From: Escherichia phage fDHCT2
Sequence record: OR427838.1
Length of the DNA stretch: 64,000 nucleotides
Direction: 5' to 3' (one strand)
Shown here: in pieces, positions 46,515 through 57,144 of the stretch
Layout of the letters: every line of letters begins with the position of its first letter
Position numbering within the stretch: the first letter of the stretch is position 1
Notes under the pieces: model-generated
What the model was told of the DNA's origin: nothing
What the model saw: only the letters and a program-made list of their open reading frames with translations
The model's database searches: none
Position numbers and translations under genes: made by a program

Positions 46515-49500
46515 ATGTCTGTGCAAGCGCCTTCCGTTACTAGTTTGAGAATTGATAAACTCTCGGCTAACCATGTAAGTATTCTTTGGGATGACGTAGG
46601 CGCCAATTTCTATTATTTCGTAGAACTGGCCCAAACCAAGGATGCGGGTGAATCTATACCCGATGATAAGTTATTTTGGAGAAATTTAGGTTACACCCCG
46701 AACAATAACTGGTTCGAAGAAAGATTTATTTCTCCTAATTCGTTTTATAAAATGCGTGTCGCTGTAGCTGCTCAAGGATTTGAACAATCTGAATGGGTTT
46801 ATACAGAAGAATTCGAGACATTTTCTACTAACGCATATACCTTCGAGCATATGCGTGAATTTACTTTATCCAATAAATTCATTGAAGAAAAATTTACCAA
46901 AAATAACCAGAGTTACGTGGATTTTAATAGTGACGCTATTATGGCCTCTATGATGTCCGAAGATTTTACTTGGACTCCGGCATATTCACACCTTTCTTCA
47001 ATTTCTAATTATGTATTAAAGGCTGACCGCTTCCATGAGATTCAAGGAAGTATCCAAGCTGTTTGTAAAGACCCTAATCGTTCTATTTTAATGGAGCTTG
47101 GTGGTGTACTTTACCTTTTAGAAAGATTCCAGAACACAGCTAAGGTATCTAACGACAAAGCTCAAAACTGGCACTATATTCGTTTGTTTAATGACCGAGT
47201 AGGTAATCCAGTTTCACGTACGGCTCATTATCAAACAGACACCACAACTTATGTTTTAGGTTATGACCGTATATTTTACGGACGTAAATCGAGCGATATC
47301 AGATGGTCTGCTGATGATGTACGTTTTAGCTCACAAGACGTGACATTTGCTAAAATTGGTAGTGATATCGACCTTGATTTTGAAATTGAAATTTTTGGTT
47401 CTTATGCACGTTTACCATTAGCTATTTCTACTATCTCAGAAGCTATGTGTGCTTCGGACGATTTTATTTACGTTGCAGCCCGTGATAGAGTTTACAAAGC
47501 AAAAACTACTGACGCCCCTATTGACACCGACCCAGGTTCTCCTACTTACGGTGAGAAAATATTTGAAAGCGGATATTCGACTATAACCGGTAACCCTAAA
47601 GCAGTTTGTTATAAATTAGATTCAATCCAAGGAAATACCTTTGCCTTAATTACAGGTGAAGTTAAAGAAGAAAGAATGGACCCTACTAAAGAAGAAAACG
47701 TGGTTGATTCTGAATCTAAAGGTGTTTATTGGTTGGATGCCGAAACCGATACATGGACCAGAGTATTTGGTAACACTGAAGAAGAGAGACGTCGTATTGA
47801 GCACGGGTACACTAGCATGTCTACCGATGGCGAAGAAATATTCTTTAGCTCAAGTAACTTCAAATATGAAGTAGAAGTTGATAACGAATTACCTTTAGAA
47901 TACCCTATTGTGGCCTCAGCGGTAAAATATGTTAAGGACGAACAGTGGATTCACGATAAACATTATCTGATGATGAGCTTTAGAGCTAACAGTAAGTCAG
48001 ATTTTAAAGAATTCAAACCTGGTCGAATGGCCTATTATGCTGAACCATTCTTTAGTTGGTCTAGACGCGACGGGACCCGTTCTTGGATTACCACAAGTAA
48101 TCATGCAATGGTTGTTTATAACGATGCCTTATACCAGAAAATTATTGATTTAAACAGTGGTTCTTCTCCTGAACGTATTATTCATGAAATTTGGGATAAA
48201 GGCTTTTGTACTGTAACATGCCCTAACATTGAATTCAGTGGATTTAAAAAATATTCCTCGGGTATCATGATTCACAAATCATCAGGTGAATTGGTTGGAT
48301 ATTTCGAGTTCGACTACCGAGTTCGAGATGAAGTTAGAATAATTTGGAAGCCTAAAGAAATAATGTTTACGGCTGAACTCCAAAACCAAGAGCATGAAAT
48401 TCCATGGACCCCTAAAGAGGAAACTGGTGAACAAGACCCTGATTTGCGTCCTTTATTGGTTAAAATGGTTCCCGATAGTTATTTGCTTCAAGATTCTAAC
48501 TTTGAAAAATTCTGCGAATATTATCTCCAGTTTATTAGTGATGGCTCCGGTACCCATTATAATAATCTATTAAATCTTATTCGTAACCAATATCCTAGAG
48601 AAGAAGATGCATGGGAATACTTATGGTCTGAAATCTATAAACGCAATATCTATTTGTCTAAAGAAAAACGCGACGAAGTAGTTCGTTTCTTCCAAGCAAG
48701 ACAATCGGATTTCTGGTCTACAAAAGGTACCGAAGCTTCATATAAATTCCTGTTTAAATTACTTTATAACGAAGATGTTGAAATTGACATCGAGTCCAAG
48801 AACTCGATTGAATATGATATCATCGTAGAATCTGACAATATCAGTGAAGATATCGTGGGCCAAACGATTTATACTCCTACAGGAAGAAGTAATGTTACTT
48901 ATATAGAACGAAATTACAAAGAGGGTAAATTGCAATGGCGTTTAACCATTCACAATCTTTTAGGCCGTTTTATAGTAGGACAAGAGATTAAATCTGAACG
49001 CACCTCATTTAAAGGTATGATAGTGCAGGGTGTACGCGGTAAAGAATTGTTAAGTAACAATATCGATTATATTAACCGTAACCGTTCTTATTATGTTATG
49101 ACTATTAAATCCAACCTCCCTACTTCTCGATACCGTAATGACGTGTTGAGATTTGTCCACCCTGTAGGATTTGGCTTTATAGGGATTACGTTGCTTTCTA
49201 TGTTTGTTAACGTTGGTTTGACATTAAAGCACACGGAAACCATTATTAATATACTTAAGAACTATAAGTGGGACTCAGGTCTTCCATCCGAGTGGTACGA
49301 TAGAGTTGCTGTAATCGGATTTGATGGTAATATAGAAAGAGACCCTAGAACAGGACTTCCGGTTTATAACGTTGGGCCTAAAGCAGGCGAACCGTTCCCT
49401 ATTCCTAATGATTATGATGCAGAAAATGATTTCTCTGTATTCCAAGGTCAATTACCTCATGAACGTATTAAAAAGCATAGTCCTTTATTTGACCAAAGTG

Positions 49501-49607
49501 CAGTAACATTTTCAAAATGGCGCGCTTTAGTTGACGATAGGCTTAAAGCTGATATTGGAAACCCTAGAGACCCGCAAGACCCAACTCAGGTAAAAATTGA
49601 TGATTAA
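46515..49607 (+). CDS. 7: Baseplate wedge protein gp7
   Basis: 1030 aa; MSVQAPSVTSLRIDKLSANHVSILWDDVGANFYYFVE matches T4 gp7. Confidence 0.85.
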   Translation: MSVQAPSVTSLRIDKLSANHVSILWDDVGANFYYFVELAQTKDAGESIPDDKLFWRNLGYTPNNNWFEERFISPNSFYKMRVAVAAQGFEQSEWVYTEEFETFSTNAYTFEHMREFTLSNKFIEEKFTKNNQSYVDFNSDAIMASMMSEDFTWTPAYSHLSSISNYVLKADRFHEIQGSIQAVCKDPNRSILMELGGVLYLLERFQNTAKVSNDKAQNWHYIRLFNDRVGNPVSRTAHYQTDTTTYVLGYDRIFYGRKSSDIRWSADDVRFSSQDVTFAKIGSDIDLDFEIEIFGSYARLPLAISTISEAMCASDDFIYVAARDRVYKAKTTDAPIDTDPGSPTYGEKIFESGYSTITGNPKAVCYKLDSIQGNTFALITGEVKEERMDPTKEENVVDSESKGVYWLDAETDTWTRVFGNTEEERRRIEHGYTSMSTDGEEIFFSSSNFKYEVEVDNELPLEYPIVASAVKYVKDEQWIHDKHYLMMSFRANSKSDFKEFKPGRMAYYAEPFFSWSRRDGTRSWITTSNHAMVVYNDALYQKIIDLNSGSSPERIIHEIWDKGFCTVTCPNIEFSGFKKYSSGIMIHKSSGELVGYFEFDYRVRDEVRIIWKPKEIMFTAELQNQEHEIPWTPKEETGEQDPDLRPLLVKMVPDSYLLQDSNFEKFCEYYLQFISDGSGTHYNNLLNLIRNQYPREEDAWEYLWSEIYKRNIYLSKEKRDEVVRFFQARQSDFWSTKGTEASYKFLFKLLYNEDVEIDIESKNSIEYDIIVESDNISEDIVGQTIYTPTGRSNVTYIERNYKEGKLQWRLTIHNLLGRFIVGQEIKSERTSFKGMIVQGVRGKELLSNNIDYINRNRSYYVMTIKSNLPTSRYRNDVLRFVHPVGFGFIGITLLSMFVNVGLTLKHTETIINILKNYKWDSGLPSEWYDRVAVIGFDGNIERDPRTGLPVYNVGPKAGEPFPIPNDYDAENDFSVFQGQLPHERIKKHSPLFDQSAVTFSKWRALVDDRLKADIGNPRDPQDPTQVKIDD

Positions 49608-50604
49608 TTCAACAGTAATATATCGTTCTATTGTTACTTCTAAATTTAGAACGGAAAAGATGTACAACTTTTACAGAACAATCGGTGATGGTGAAGACCA
49701 GAACACGATGTATGTATCTTTCGGGAGAGCCCAACCATGGGCTCCTAACGAAAACGACCCAGGCTTTGCTCCACCTTATCCTGTAGATGATTCTGAGGGC
49801 GTAGAAGACGTCTGGACAAACATGATGGGTTGTGTTAAGGTTTATAAGAGTATGCTGGATTGTGTTGTTCCTCGCAAAGACTGGGGCGATACCTCTTATC
49901 CTAACCCTTTCACTTTCCAAATCGGTGAAATTGTAGTGGCGAATAGTCAACCTCAAAACCGTACTGATGTTGGTGCAGGTTGGATGGTTTATCGTTGTGT
50001 AGACGTGCCTGAATCAGGAGCATGTTCTATTTTGTCCCTTGATAATAAAACCGAGTGTATTAAACTTGGCGGTAAATGGACTGCTAATGTTCCTTCAGTT
50101 AAAGCTCCAGCAGGACAAGGCGATACGGAAGGTATGGTAGACACTGGTGATGGTTACCTTTGGGAATACCTTTATGAGATTCCACCTGATGTAAGTATCA
50201 ACCGTTGTACTAATGAATATATTGTAGTTCCATGGCCAGAAGAAATTGCTGAAGACCCTGAACGTTGGGGATACGAAAACAACTTAACTTGGCAGCAAGA
50301 CGATTATGGTTTAATTTATCGTATTAAAGGCAATACTATTCGTTTTAAAGCATTCTTAGATTCGGTTTACTTCCCTGAATTTAGTCTGCCTGGTAACAAA
50401 GGGTTTAGACAGCTTTCGATAATTTCTAACCCGTTAGAAGCTAAAGCTCACCCATCCGATCCGATCATTAAAGCCGAAAAAGAGTACTACGATGTTATAG
50501 ACCTCTCCCACCATTCAGGTGAAATGATTTATATGGAAAACCGTCCTCCGGTTATTCGTTCCATGGACCAAACAGAAGAAATTAACATTATCTTCGAATT
50601 CTAA
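49597..50604 (+). CDS. 8: Baseplate wedge protein gp8
   Basis: 335 aa; VIYRSIVTSKFRTEKM, INRCTNEYIVVPWPEE match T4 gp8. Confidence 0.85.
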   Translation: MMINSTVIYRSIVTSKFRTEKMYNFYRTIGDGEDQNTMYVSFGRAQPWAPNENDPGFAPPYPVDDSEGVEDVWTNMMGCVKVYKSMLDCVVPRKDWGDTSYPNPFTFQIGEIVVANSQPQNRTDVGAGWMVYRCVDVPESGACSILSLDNKTECIKLGGKWTANVPSVKAPAGQGDTEGMVDTGDGYLWEYLYEIPPDVSINRCTNEYIVVPWPEEIAEDPERWGYENNLTWQQDDYGLIYRIKGNTIRFKAFLDSVYFPEFSLPGNKGFRQLSIISNPLEAKAHPSDPIIKAEKEYYDVIDLSHHSGEMIYMENRPPVIRSMDQTEEINIIFEF

Positions 50605-50607
50605 TAA

Positions 50608-50624
50608 GGGCCGCAAGGCCCTTT
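50608..50624 (+). terminator. hairpin/weak terminator after gene 8
   Basis: gggcc-gcaa-ggccc followed by ttt. Confidence 0.4.
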
Positions 50625-50630
50625 CGGGGG

Positions 50631-50638
50631 TATAAATA
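50631..50638 (+). promoter_or_regulatory. late promoter TATAAATA for gene 9
   Basis: exact TATAAATA ~27 nt upstream of gp9 ATG. Confidence 0.6.
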
Positions 50639-50664
50639 CAGTATATCAATAATGAGGCATACCT

Positions 50665-51525
50665 ATGATTAAGCAAACTGGTAAGTTACTAATTGACGTC
50701 GGTGAGATTGGTAATGCTAGCACCGGCGACATTCTTTATGACGGTGGCGTTAAACTGAACACCGACTTAAACAACATCTATAATACTTTTGGTGACCAAC
50801 GTAAAACAGCCCTTACGGGTGAAACCACCGGTCAAAAATTACATGCCACTGGATACTATCAAAAATTCGGCGATACCGACCAAGCGGGTTCTGTTGATTT
50901 AGGCTCTTTGGTGGATGTCGATGCTTCTACCGGTTCTATAGTTTTAACAACCGTAAAAGGAGCTGTAGGTGAAGGTATTGAAATAATTAACTCTAATGGA
51001 AGTATTTCAGCTACTAACTATCTTGAAATCCGTATATTGGATTCGTTTTTGAACCATCCTACATCAGCCTTAAGAATAGTAACTCCTTATACTCGAGTTC
51101 TTTTATGGTGTGTAAGCGATATAAACGGTATAGCTGTATGGGATTATTCTATTGAGAGCATGTTTGGTGACAAACGAGTACCATTAAATAGAACATATAA
51201 CATTTCCAACGTACCTAGAGATATACCGGTGGTTTATTCAGGTCAATATTCTTTAGTTAAGCTTTTGGTTACGGCAGTAAATGCCAATGAAACCGTTTAT
51301 AAAGCTTCTGAATATCTTTTGTTTATGGATAACCAAGCTAAAAAAATATATTCCACGGAATATGCTGTTATCCGTCGTGGACAAGCCACTGATGAAGACG
51401 AAATTTACAATCTCGATTTTAAATTTGATGCATCCAACTATATAGTGGCTACGGCATCATCTGAAACCCCTATGAGATTAGCAATTAAAGTCGTAGATAC
51501 CCAAACTATTGGAGTCCCAGTATAA
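50665..51525 (+). CDS. 9: Baseplate wedge / long-tail-fibre attachment protein gp9
   Basis: 286 aa; GEIGNASTGDILYDGG, HATGYYQK match T4 gp9. Confidence 0.85.
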   Translation: MIKQTGKLLIDVGEIGNASTGDILYDGGVKLNTDLNNIYNTFGDQRKTALTGETTGQKLHATGYYQKFGDTDQAGSVDLGSLVDVDASTGSIVLTTVKGAVGEGIEIINSNGSISATNYLEIRILDSFLNHPTSALRIVTPYTRVLLWCVSDINGIAVWDYSIESMFGDKRVPLNRTYNISNVPRDIPVVYSGQYSLVKLLVTAVNANETVYKASEYLLFMDNQAKKIYSTEYAVIRRGQATDEDEIYNLDFKFDASNYIVATASSETPMRLAIKVVDTQTIGVPV

Positions 51526-53336
51526 TGAAACAAGAATTAAAAATCGGCCAGGCCGTTGATGATGGCTCCGGAGATTACCTGCGCGCAGGTGGTCTAAAAA
51601 TCAATAATAACTTTAATGAGTTATACTATCAATTAGGTGACGGAGATAATCCTCACGCTGCTGGTGCCTGGAAACAATATTCTACTGCAGACGGTCCTTT
51701 ACTTAATGCTGTTATGGGTCATAGCTATACATTGAATACCCAAGGTGGAAGGATTAACGTTCAACTTCCTAAAGGCACTCCATCAGAATATAACTTTGTA
51801 ATTCGTTTACGTGACGTTTATTCTTCTTGGCAAGCTAACCCTGTGACTATTATACCAGCCCCAGGTGATACAATTAAAGGTTCCGCTGTACAGGTTGAAA
51901 TAGCTCGTAATTTTGCCGACCTTGAACTTGTTTACTGTGCCCCGGGACGTTGGGAATATGTTGAGAACAAGCAAGTTAACCGTATTCCAAATAACGACCT
52001 CGCTACTGTAGCAACTAAACAGTTTATTGCTACTGAAGGTCAAACTGATTTCTTGGATATTTTCCCAGGCCTAACCTATAATATTTCAAGTCTTAGCGTT
52101 ATCCAACGTGGTAACACCTTGTTCTACGGTGTGGATGATATATTTGATGAAGCTACTTCTGAGTTTGGTAGCCCAGGTACAAACCCAGGCGAATTGGTTG
52201 AATTGAACGGTAAAGATATCCGTTTGAAATATCCTTGTGAAGCCGGCGATACGGTAATTATTAAATCGTATAACGATGGATTGGCCCAATGGCGCAGTTC
52301 TTATAATCGTCGTGATATTACTATTTTAGATACGACCCTTACCCATGAAACCACAGTTAACGGTTCTAAAGTAGTATTAGACCTTTCTACCGTACAGACT
52401 ATTACATCAGCAGAATTAAATGTTTCTCCTACAAGCCCTATTAACCCTAATGCTTGTCAGGTAATGCTTAATAGTACTTTATTGCACCAAGCTGGTACTG
52501 CCGGATTCCCTGCTTTCTATTGTGAAGGTGTTGATACGGATGATGCAGGCCTTTGTGCAGATTCAGGTGGGGTATGGACCCAATCTAAATCCGATTATAT
52601 TTTGAATATTGCAGATGACGATAAAATCGAGTCATTTGAATTTGGACGTAAACTGGAACATGGTGATATCCTTACTGTAATTTGGTATAACAATGATATT
52701 GGTACCACTATGACTATTGATGAGATTTTAGATACCACAAATGATATCTATATTTCTCAAGGTCCTTCAGTATCTTTAACCGGTCGGGTTCGTATTACTG
52801 ATGTGGATAATCCATTTTCTCCTAACTTTGAACCTGTAGCAGAATCTGAAGTTTCTATTAATACGGCAGCAGTGATGTTTGATTTGTTCCACCCTATTGG
52901 AACGATTTATGAGAACACCGTGAACCCTAATAACCCTGCAACTTATATGGGTATGGGTAGCTGGAAAAGACTGTCTGATAGTTTCCTTGTAGGTTGGTCT
53001 CCGGACGCCGATTCATTGTTCAATGCGAACAATAACGATTTAGATTCTGGCGGTGCTCCTAAATCTACTGCAGGTGGTACGGGTGGTTCTCATAATATTT
53101 CCATTAAATATGAAAACGTTCCTGAACTTAATACAGATGACAAGGTATTAGTTGCCGATGATAACGGCCCTATTGTTATTGGCGGATGTTTGGTAGACCC
53201 GGATGCCCAAGGCCCGGCTTATACAAAATATCGTGAAGATAAAGCTACGATAAACAAACAGCAATCTACAACGCCTATTCCTATTGGCACTTTGCCTCCA
53301 TATACAACCGTTTATCGCTGGGTGAGGATTGCGTAA
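51525..53336 (+). CDS. 10: Baseplate wedge protein gp10
   Basis: 603 aa; DDGSGDYLRAGGLKINNNFNELYY, LELVYCAPGRWEYV match T4 gp10. Confidence 0.85.
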   Translation: MKQELKIGQAVDDGSGDYLRAGGLKINNNFNELYYQLGDGDNPHAAGAWKQYSTADGPLLNAVMGHSYTLNTQGGRINVQLPKGTPSEYNFVIRLRDVYSSWQANPVTIIPAPGDTIKGSAVQVEIARNFADLELVYCAPGRWEYVENKQVNRIPNNDLATVATKQFIATEGQTDFLDIFPGLTYNISSLSVIQRGNTLFYGVDDIFDEATSEFGSPGTNPGELVELNGKDIRLKYPCEAGDTVIIKSYNDGLAQWRSSYNRRDITILDTTLTHETTVNGSKVVLDLSTVQTITSAELNVSPTSPINPNACQVMLNSTLLHQAGTAGFPAFYCEGVDTDDAGLCADSGGVWTQSKSDYILNIADDDKIESFEFGRKLEHGDILTVIWYNNDIGTTMTIDEILDTTNDIYISQGPSVSLTGRVRITDVDNPFSPNFEPVAESEVSINTAAVMFDLFHPIGTIYENTVNPNNPATYMGMGSWKRLSDSFLVGWSPDADSLFNANNNDLDSGGAPKSTAGGTGGSHNISIKYENVPELNTDDKVLVADDNGPIVIGGCLVDPDAQGPAYTKYREDKATINKQQSTTPIPIGTLPPYTTVYRWVRIA

Positions 53337-54001
53337 TGACTTTAACAGAAATGAAAAGCGGGTTAAAATCCCGCCTTGCCGACTTTTTAGAATTTTCTTT
53401 TACAACTAATCAACCTGCCGCAGTGGCAGGTCAACGCCCTATTGGTGGTCCATCGGCAAACCAAACCCAAAAAGGTGTTTATTACCCTACGGTCCAAAGT
53501 GCTATTGATGATATTGCTTTCCGTGCAGAACTTCCTGTCAATGCAGTGGTAACTACTACTGAAAACAGGGCACCTGGCTTTATTCAACAATCAGATAAAT
53601 TAACTTTCTCCGGCTCCATTTCTTCTGGTGGCGAATTAGGCGATACGGTTATTATTAAGGTATTCGGTTTGCCTGTTGAAGTTATTGTGGGTGATTCTTC
53701 GGTCCTGGTTGCTTCTAAAGTTAACGATGCTTTTATAAGCGCTATTGCCGATAGTTATATTTTGGCAGAAACGTCTATCGACCCTCTAGACCAGTCTACT
53801 TTAAACATTAAATATAACGACTACCAAAACCATATTTTTGAGCCATTTAAACAAGCAGGATGCACCATTTCTCAGACTATAGTTCAACAGCCTCGCGCAG
53901 GTTATGGATACTGGGAATATTTAGGTTCTACTACAGAATCTATGACAGGTGGAACCGTAAATGGAACAACAACCTTATATCACTATAAGCGAGTAAGTTA
54001 A
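53336..54001 (+). CDS. 11: Baseplate wedge protein gp11
   Basis: 221 aa; VFGLPVEVIVGDSS region matches T4 gp11. Confidence 0.85.
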   Translation: MTLTEMKSGLKSRLADFLEFSFTTNQPAAVAGQRPIGGPSANQTQKGVYYPTVQSAIDDIAFRAELPVNAVVTTTENRAPGFIQQSDKLTFSGSISSGGELGDTVIIKVFGLPVEVIVGDSSVLVASKVNDAFISAIADSYILAETSIDPLDQSTLNIKYNDYQNHIFEPFKQAGCTISQTIVQQPRAGYGYWEYLGSTTESMTGGTVNGTTTLYHYKRVS

Positions 54002-55533
54002 TGTCTACAAATACACTAAAACACATAAGTGATAAATCAGAATTTAAAACATTCGACCCTACCGGGTCGAATTTTGACCCCTCTATTACTAATGTCCAGG
54101 ATGCATTGGCGTCTATTTCCGCTATAGGTGTTACAGGTAATATACCTTCGGCTTCTGAAACAGAACAGGGTATTATTAGATTAGCGACCCAACAAGAAGT
54201 TATTGATGGCACCGATACTTTCTCTGCAGTAACTCCGGCCACTTTAAAAGGCCGTTTAGATATTCCTACTCAAGCAACAGAAACTTATGTAGGTATCACC
54301 CGTTATGCCACTAATGGTGAAGCCATTGCTGGAACAGAAACCCAGGCTGCAATCGTAGCATCGTCTTTGAAAGCTACTATAGATTATACATTCACCAATC
54401 GTTTAGCCACAGAGAACACTACAGGCGTACTCAAGATTTCAACCCTGCCGGCCGCTCTAGCAGGTACAGATGATACGACGGCAATGACACCGCTGAAAAC
54501 CGCCCAGGCAATTGGCGCTGCTACATCGGCATTACCGACTTATGCCAGTGCTACTCAAACTACTGAAGGTATTGTTAGAATCGCAACAAATGCTGAAGTG
54601 GCAAATGGCACATTGACTAATGGTGTGGCAATTTCTCCTTCTGGGTTAAAATCTTTAACTTCTACCCAAGGACGGGCAGGTATTATTAGATTAGCCACTC
54701 CACAAGAAGCTTCTGCTGGCAGTGATTCTAATATAGCTTTATCTCCTTCAACTCTTCTTTCTCGTACTGGTACTACCGGAAGAGTGGGCGTTGTTAAATT
54801 AACAACTACGGTCGGTTCTGGTGATGGAAGCACTGCATTGGCATATAATGCTAACGTTATTTCTACCACAGGCGGCACCATTAATGGTACTTTAAACGTT
54901 AACGGTACTTTACGTCGCAATGGGCGCGATGTTGTTACTATCGACCAATTAAAAGATTCTGTCCCTATCGGTACTATTGTTATGTGGGGTGGCCAGATTA
55001 ATAATATCCCTGCAGGTTGGGCCGTTTGTGATGGCGGTAACTCTGGTGAACAAGGATTCCGAAATGTAGTTGGTAGTAAATGGGGTTCAACTGGAGCACG
55101 TCCTGACTTCCGTGGATTATATCCTAGAGGTGCAAACCAGACTAACGACGGTGGATTAAGAGAATGGGATGCCAACGTTAGAATTAGAGATGCCAAAGGT
55201 AATGATGCCAAAGGTAAACCTAAATTAGGCGTGGGTTGTGGTTCATATGGCCATGGTACTGTACAAGCCCAGCAGCTTCGTTTCCATAAACACGCTGGTG
55301 GTTTTGGCGAACACGACAACGCAGGTGCATTTGGTAATACCGTTCGTTCCAACTTTGCCGGTACTCGTAAAGGGCTGGACTGGGATAACCGTTCCTACTT
55401 TACAAACGAAGGATATGAAATTGACGGTTCTGGTTCACGAGATTCAAGAACTACTCTAAACAGTGAAGGGTTGGTTGGTAACGAAAACCGTCCTTGGACT
55501 ATGTCCATCCTATTCATTATTAAAGTTGCTTAA
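54001..55533 (+). CDS. 12: Short tail fibre protein gp12
   Basis: 510 aa; AGADDTTAMTPLKT, PKLGVGCG...HKHAGGFGEHDNAGAFGNT...RKGLDWDNRSYFTNEGYEID match T4 gp12. Confidence 0.9.
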   Translation: MSTNTLKHISDKSEFKTFDPTGSNFDPSITNVQDALASISAIGVTGNIPSASETEQGIIRLATQQEVIDGTDTFSAVTPATLKGRLDIPTQATETYVGITRYATNGEAIAGTETQAAIVASSLKATIDYTFTNRLATENTTGVLKISTLPAALAGTDDTTAMTPLKTAQAIGAATSALPTYASATQTTEGIVRIATNAEVANGTLTNGVAISPSGLKSLTSTQGRAGIIRLATPQEASAGSDSNIALSPSTLLSRTGTTGRVGVVKLTTTVGSGDGSTALAYNANVISTTGGTINGTLNVNGTLRRNGRDVVTIDQLKDSVPIGTIVMWGGQINNIPAGWAVCDGGNSGEQGFRNVVGSKWGSTGARPDFRGLYPRGANQTNDGGLREWDANVRIRDAKGNDAKGKPKLGVGCGSYGHGTVQAQQLRFHKHAGGFGEHDNAGAFGNTVRSNFAGTRKGLDWDNRSYFTNEGYEIDGSGSRDSRTTLNSEGLVGNENRPWTMSILFIIKVA

Positions 55534-55542
55534 GGAAATAAA

Positions 55543-57090
55543 ATGATTGACAAACTGAGTATTAAAGAACTTCCGTTTGTCGATGGTGTACCCGATGCAT
55601 CCCAAGAGCGTATCCGTTGGATACGCAATGGAGAATGTATTGAAGGAGCCACGACTAAATACGGTCACGACGGTAATTTGAATGCCCCTGCTTTAGGAGT
55701 ACAAACCAACGTAGTTAGATTAGAAGAAAACAGTATAGCTTCTAAAGACAAAATTAACGAGCTTGTGGATAACGTTAATTTGATTAATGAAGCCCTAGAT
55801 ATTTCTACTGATACGGGCGTTATTCAGCAAATTGAAAAGAACCGAGTTGATATACTGGCTGTGGATGCAAAGGCTTCCGAAACTAAACAAGAATTAGGTG
55901 ACTTAACCGTTAATTTTAATTTTTTAGAAGAAGATGTAGGTTATTACGACCCGTCTTTAGATGGCCCATATCTCACCGTCAGAGAAAATATAAATCTTCT
56001 TAAATCTGAAATTGGTCATTATGCGAACCAGGATATAAACAGCCAACCGCTTCCTCCAGGTGAAACTTCTGAAGCCACCGGCATGAAACGACGCATTATG
56101 GATAATACCAGTGCTATTGTCGACCATTCACAACGTATAGATACCCTTGAAAAGAATTACGAAGATTCCGATGTAGGGCAGCTCGGGCTTAAGATTAACG
56201 AAATTCGTGAAGAACTAGGTCCTCATATCGATACCGTAGGTAAACAACCAACGTATACCAGGATTTCTACTCTTGAAACTGCTGCTGTAAGCTTTAACGA
56301 ATCAATAGATTCTATCAAAACCAGTATAGGTTTTAATAAAGGCCCTATTGATACAAGAGTAACCACGCTGGAAACTAAAACTTCCACTTTAGAAAACACT
56401 GTTAATAACGGTTTGACCCCTAGAGTTACTGCAGTGGAAACCGCTATCGGCGAGGCAGGTACCCCTACTTCTATTAATGGTAGATTAGGTGGCTTACGTA
56501 CTGATGTTAATGAACTAAAAACTATAGTAGGTGCCAGTTCGTCTGAAGGGCTTCGTTTCCAGGTTTCTGATATTGACCGTAAAATTGGCGCCGATGTAAG
56601 TCCGGCTGCAGGAACAATTAATAAACGTTTGAATGACCTTACGACTCAAGGTAATACTTCGGCCTCAACTATTCAGGATTTACAGGCTGAAATTGGTAAT
56701 AACCAAACCGGTATTAAAGGTTCTATTCTTAAAATTACCAACCAAATTGAAGGAACAAACCCTAACGGTAGCACTGTAGAAGAACGAGGGTTAATAAACT
56801 CTGTTAAAGGCCTTGAAGCTCAAATGCCTACTAAATTGGGCGATGCCCCTGCTGATGGTAAATTGTACGGGCGTAAAGATGCTGCATGGGCTGAAATCCT
56901 TGGTGGCACTACAGAAATTGATACGGTCAAAGCTTCTTTATTGGAGGCTGAAGGTAAAATCACTGCACTAGAAACTGAGTTGGCTAAACGCCCTCCTGTT
57001 GCTCCTGCGGCTGATGGACTCCCGTATGTTCTGGTTGATAACGCATGGGTGCTATTGTCAGATTTTGTGACTTTAAACCCGGCACCATAA
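55543..57090 (+). CDS. wac: Fibritin (whisker antigen control protein)
   Basis: 515 aa; N-terminal LPFVDGVPDA...RIRWIRNGE and NPNGSTVEERGLINS match T4 fibritin; C-terminal foldon-like motif. Confidence 0.9.
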   Translation: MIDKLSIKELPFVDGVPDASQERIRWIRNGECIEGATTKYGHDGNLNAPALGVQTNVVRLEENSIASKDKINELVDNVNLINEALDISTDTGVIQQIEKNRVDILAVDAKASETKQELGDLTVNFNFLEEDVGYYDPSLDGPYLTVRENINLLKSEIGHYANQDINSQPLPPGETSEATGMKRRIMDNTSAIVDHSQRIDTLEKNYEDSDVGQLGLKINEIREELGPHIDTVGKQPTYTRISTLETAAVSFNESIDSIKTSIGFNKGPIDTRVTTLETKTSTLENTVNNGLTPRVTAVETAIGEAGTPTSINGRLGGLRTDVNELKTIVGASSSEGLRFQVSDIDRKIGADVSPAAGTINKRLNDLTTQGNTSASTIQDLQAEIGNNQTGIKGSILKITNQIEGTNPNGSTVEERGLINSVKGLEAQMPTKLGDAPADGKLYGRKDAAWAEILGGTTEIDTVKASLLEAEGKITALETELAKRPPVAPAADGLPYVLVDNAWVLLSDFVTLNPAP

Positions 57091-57095
57091 TAAAA

Positions 57096-57113
57096 GGGCT
57101 TCGGCCCTTTTTT
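57096..57113 (+). terminator. rho-independent terminator after wac
   Basis: gggc-ttcg-gccc + TTTTTT. Confidence 0.7.
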
Positions 57114-57115
57114 GC

Positions 57116-57123
57116 TATAAATA
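57116..57123 (+). promoter_or_regulatory. late promoter TATAAATA for gene 13
   Basis: exact TATAAATA ~22 nt upstream of gp13 ATG. Confidence 0.6.
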
Positions 57124-57144
57124 CGGTTATTAGAGGAATAAAAC

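Noticed and set aside
54555-55352. 265-aa minus-strand ORF inside gene 12
   Set aside because: Antisense to the well-supported short-tail-fibre gene in a relatively GC-rich stretch; Pro/Ala/Leu-rich low-complexity translation with no SD. Typical spurious antisense ORF.
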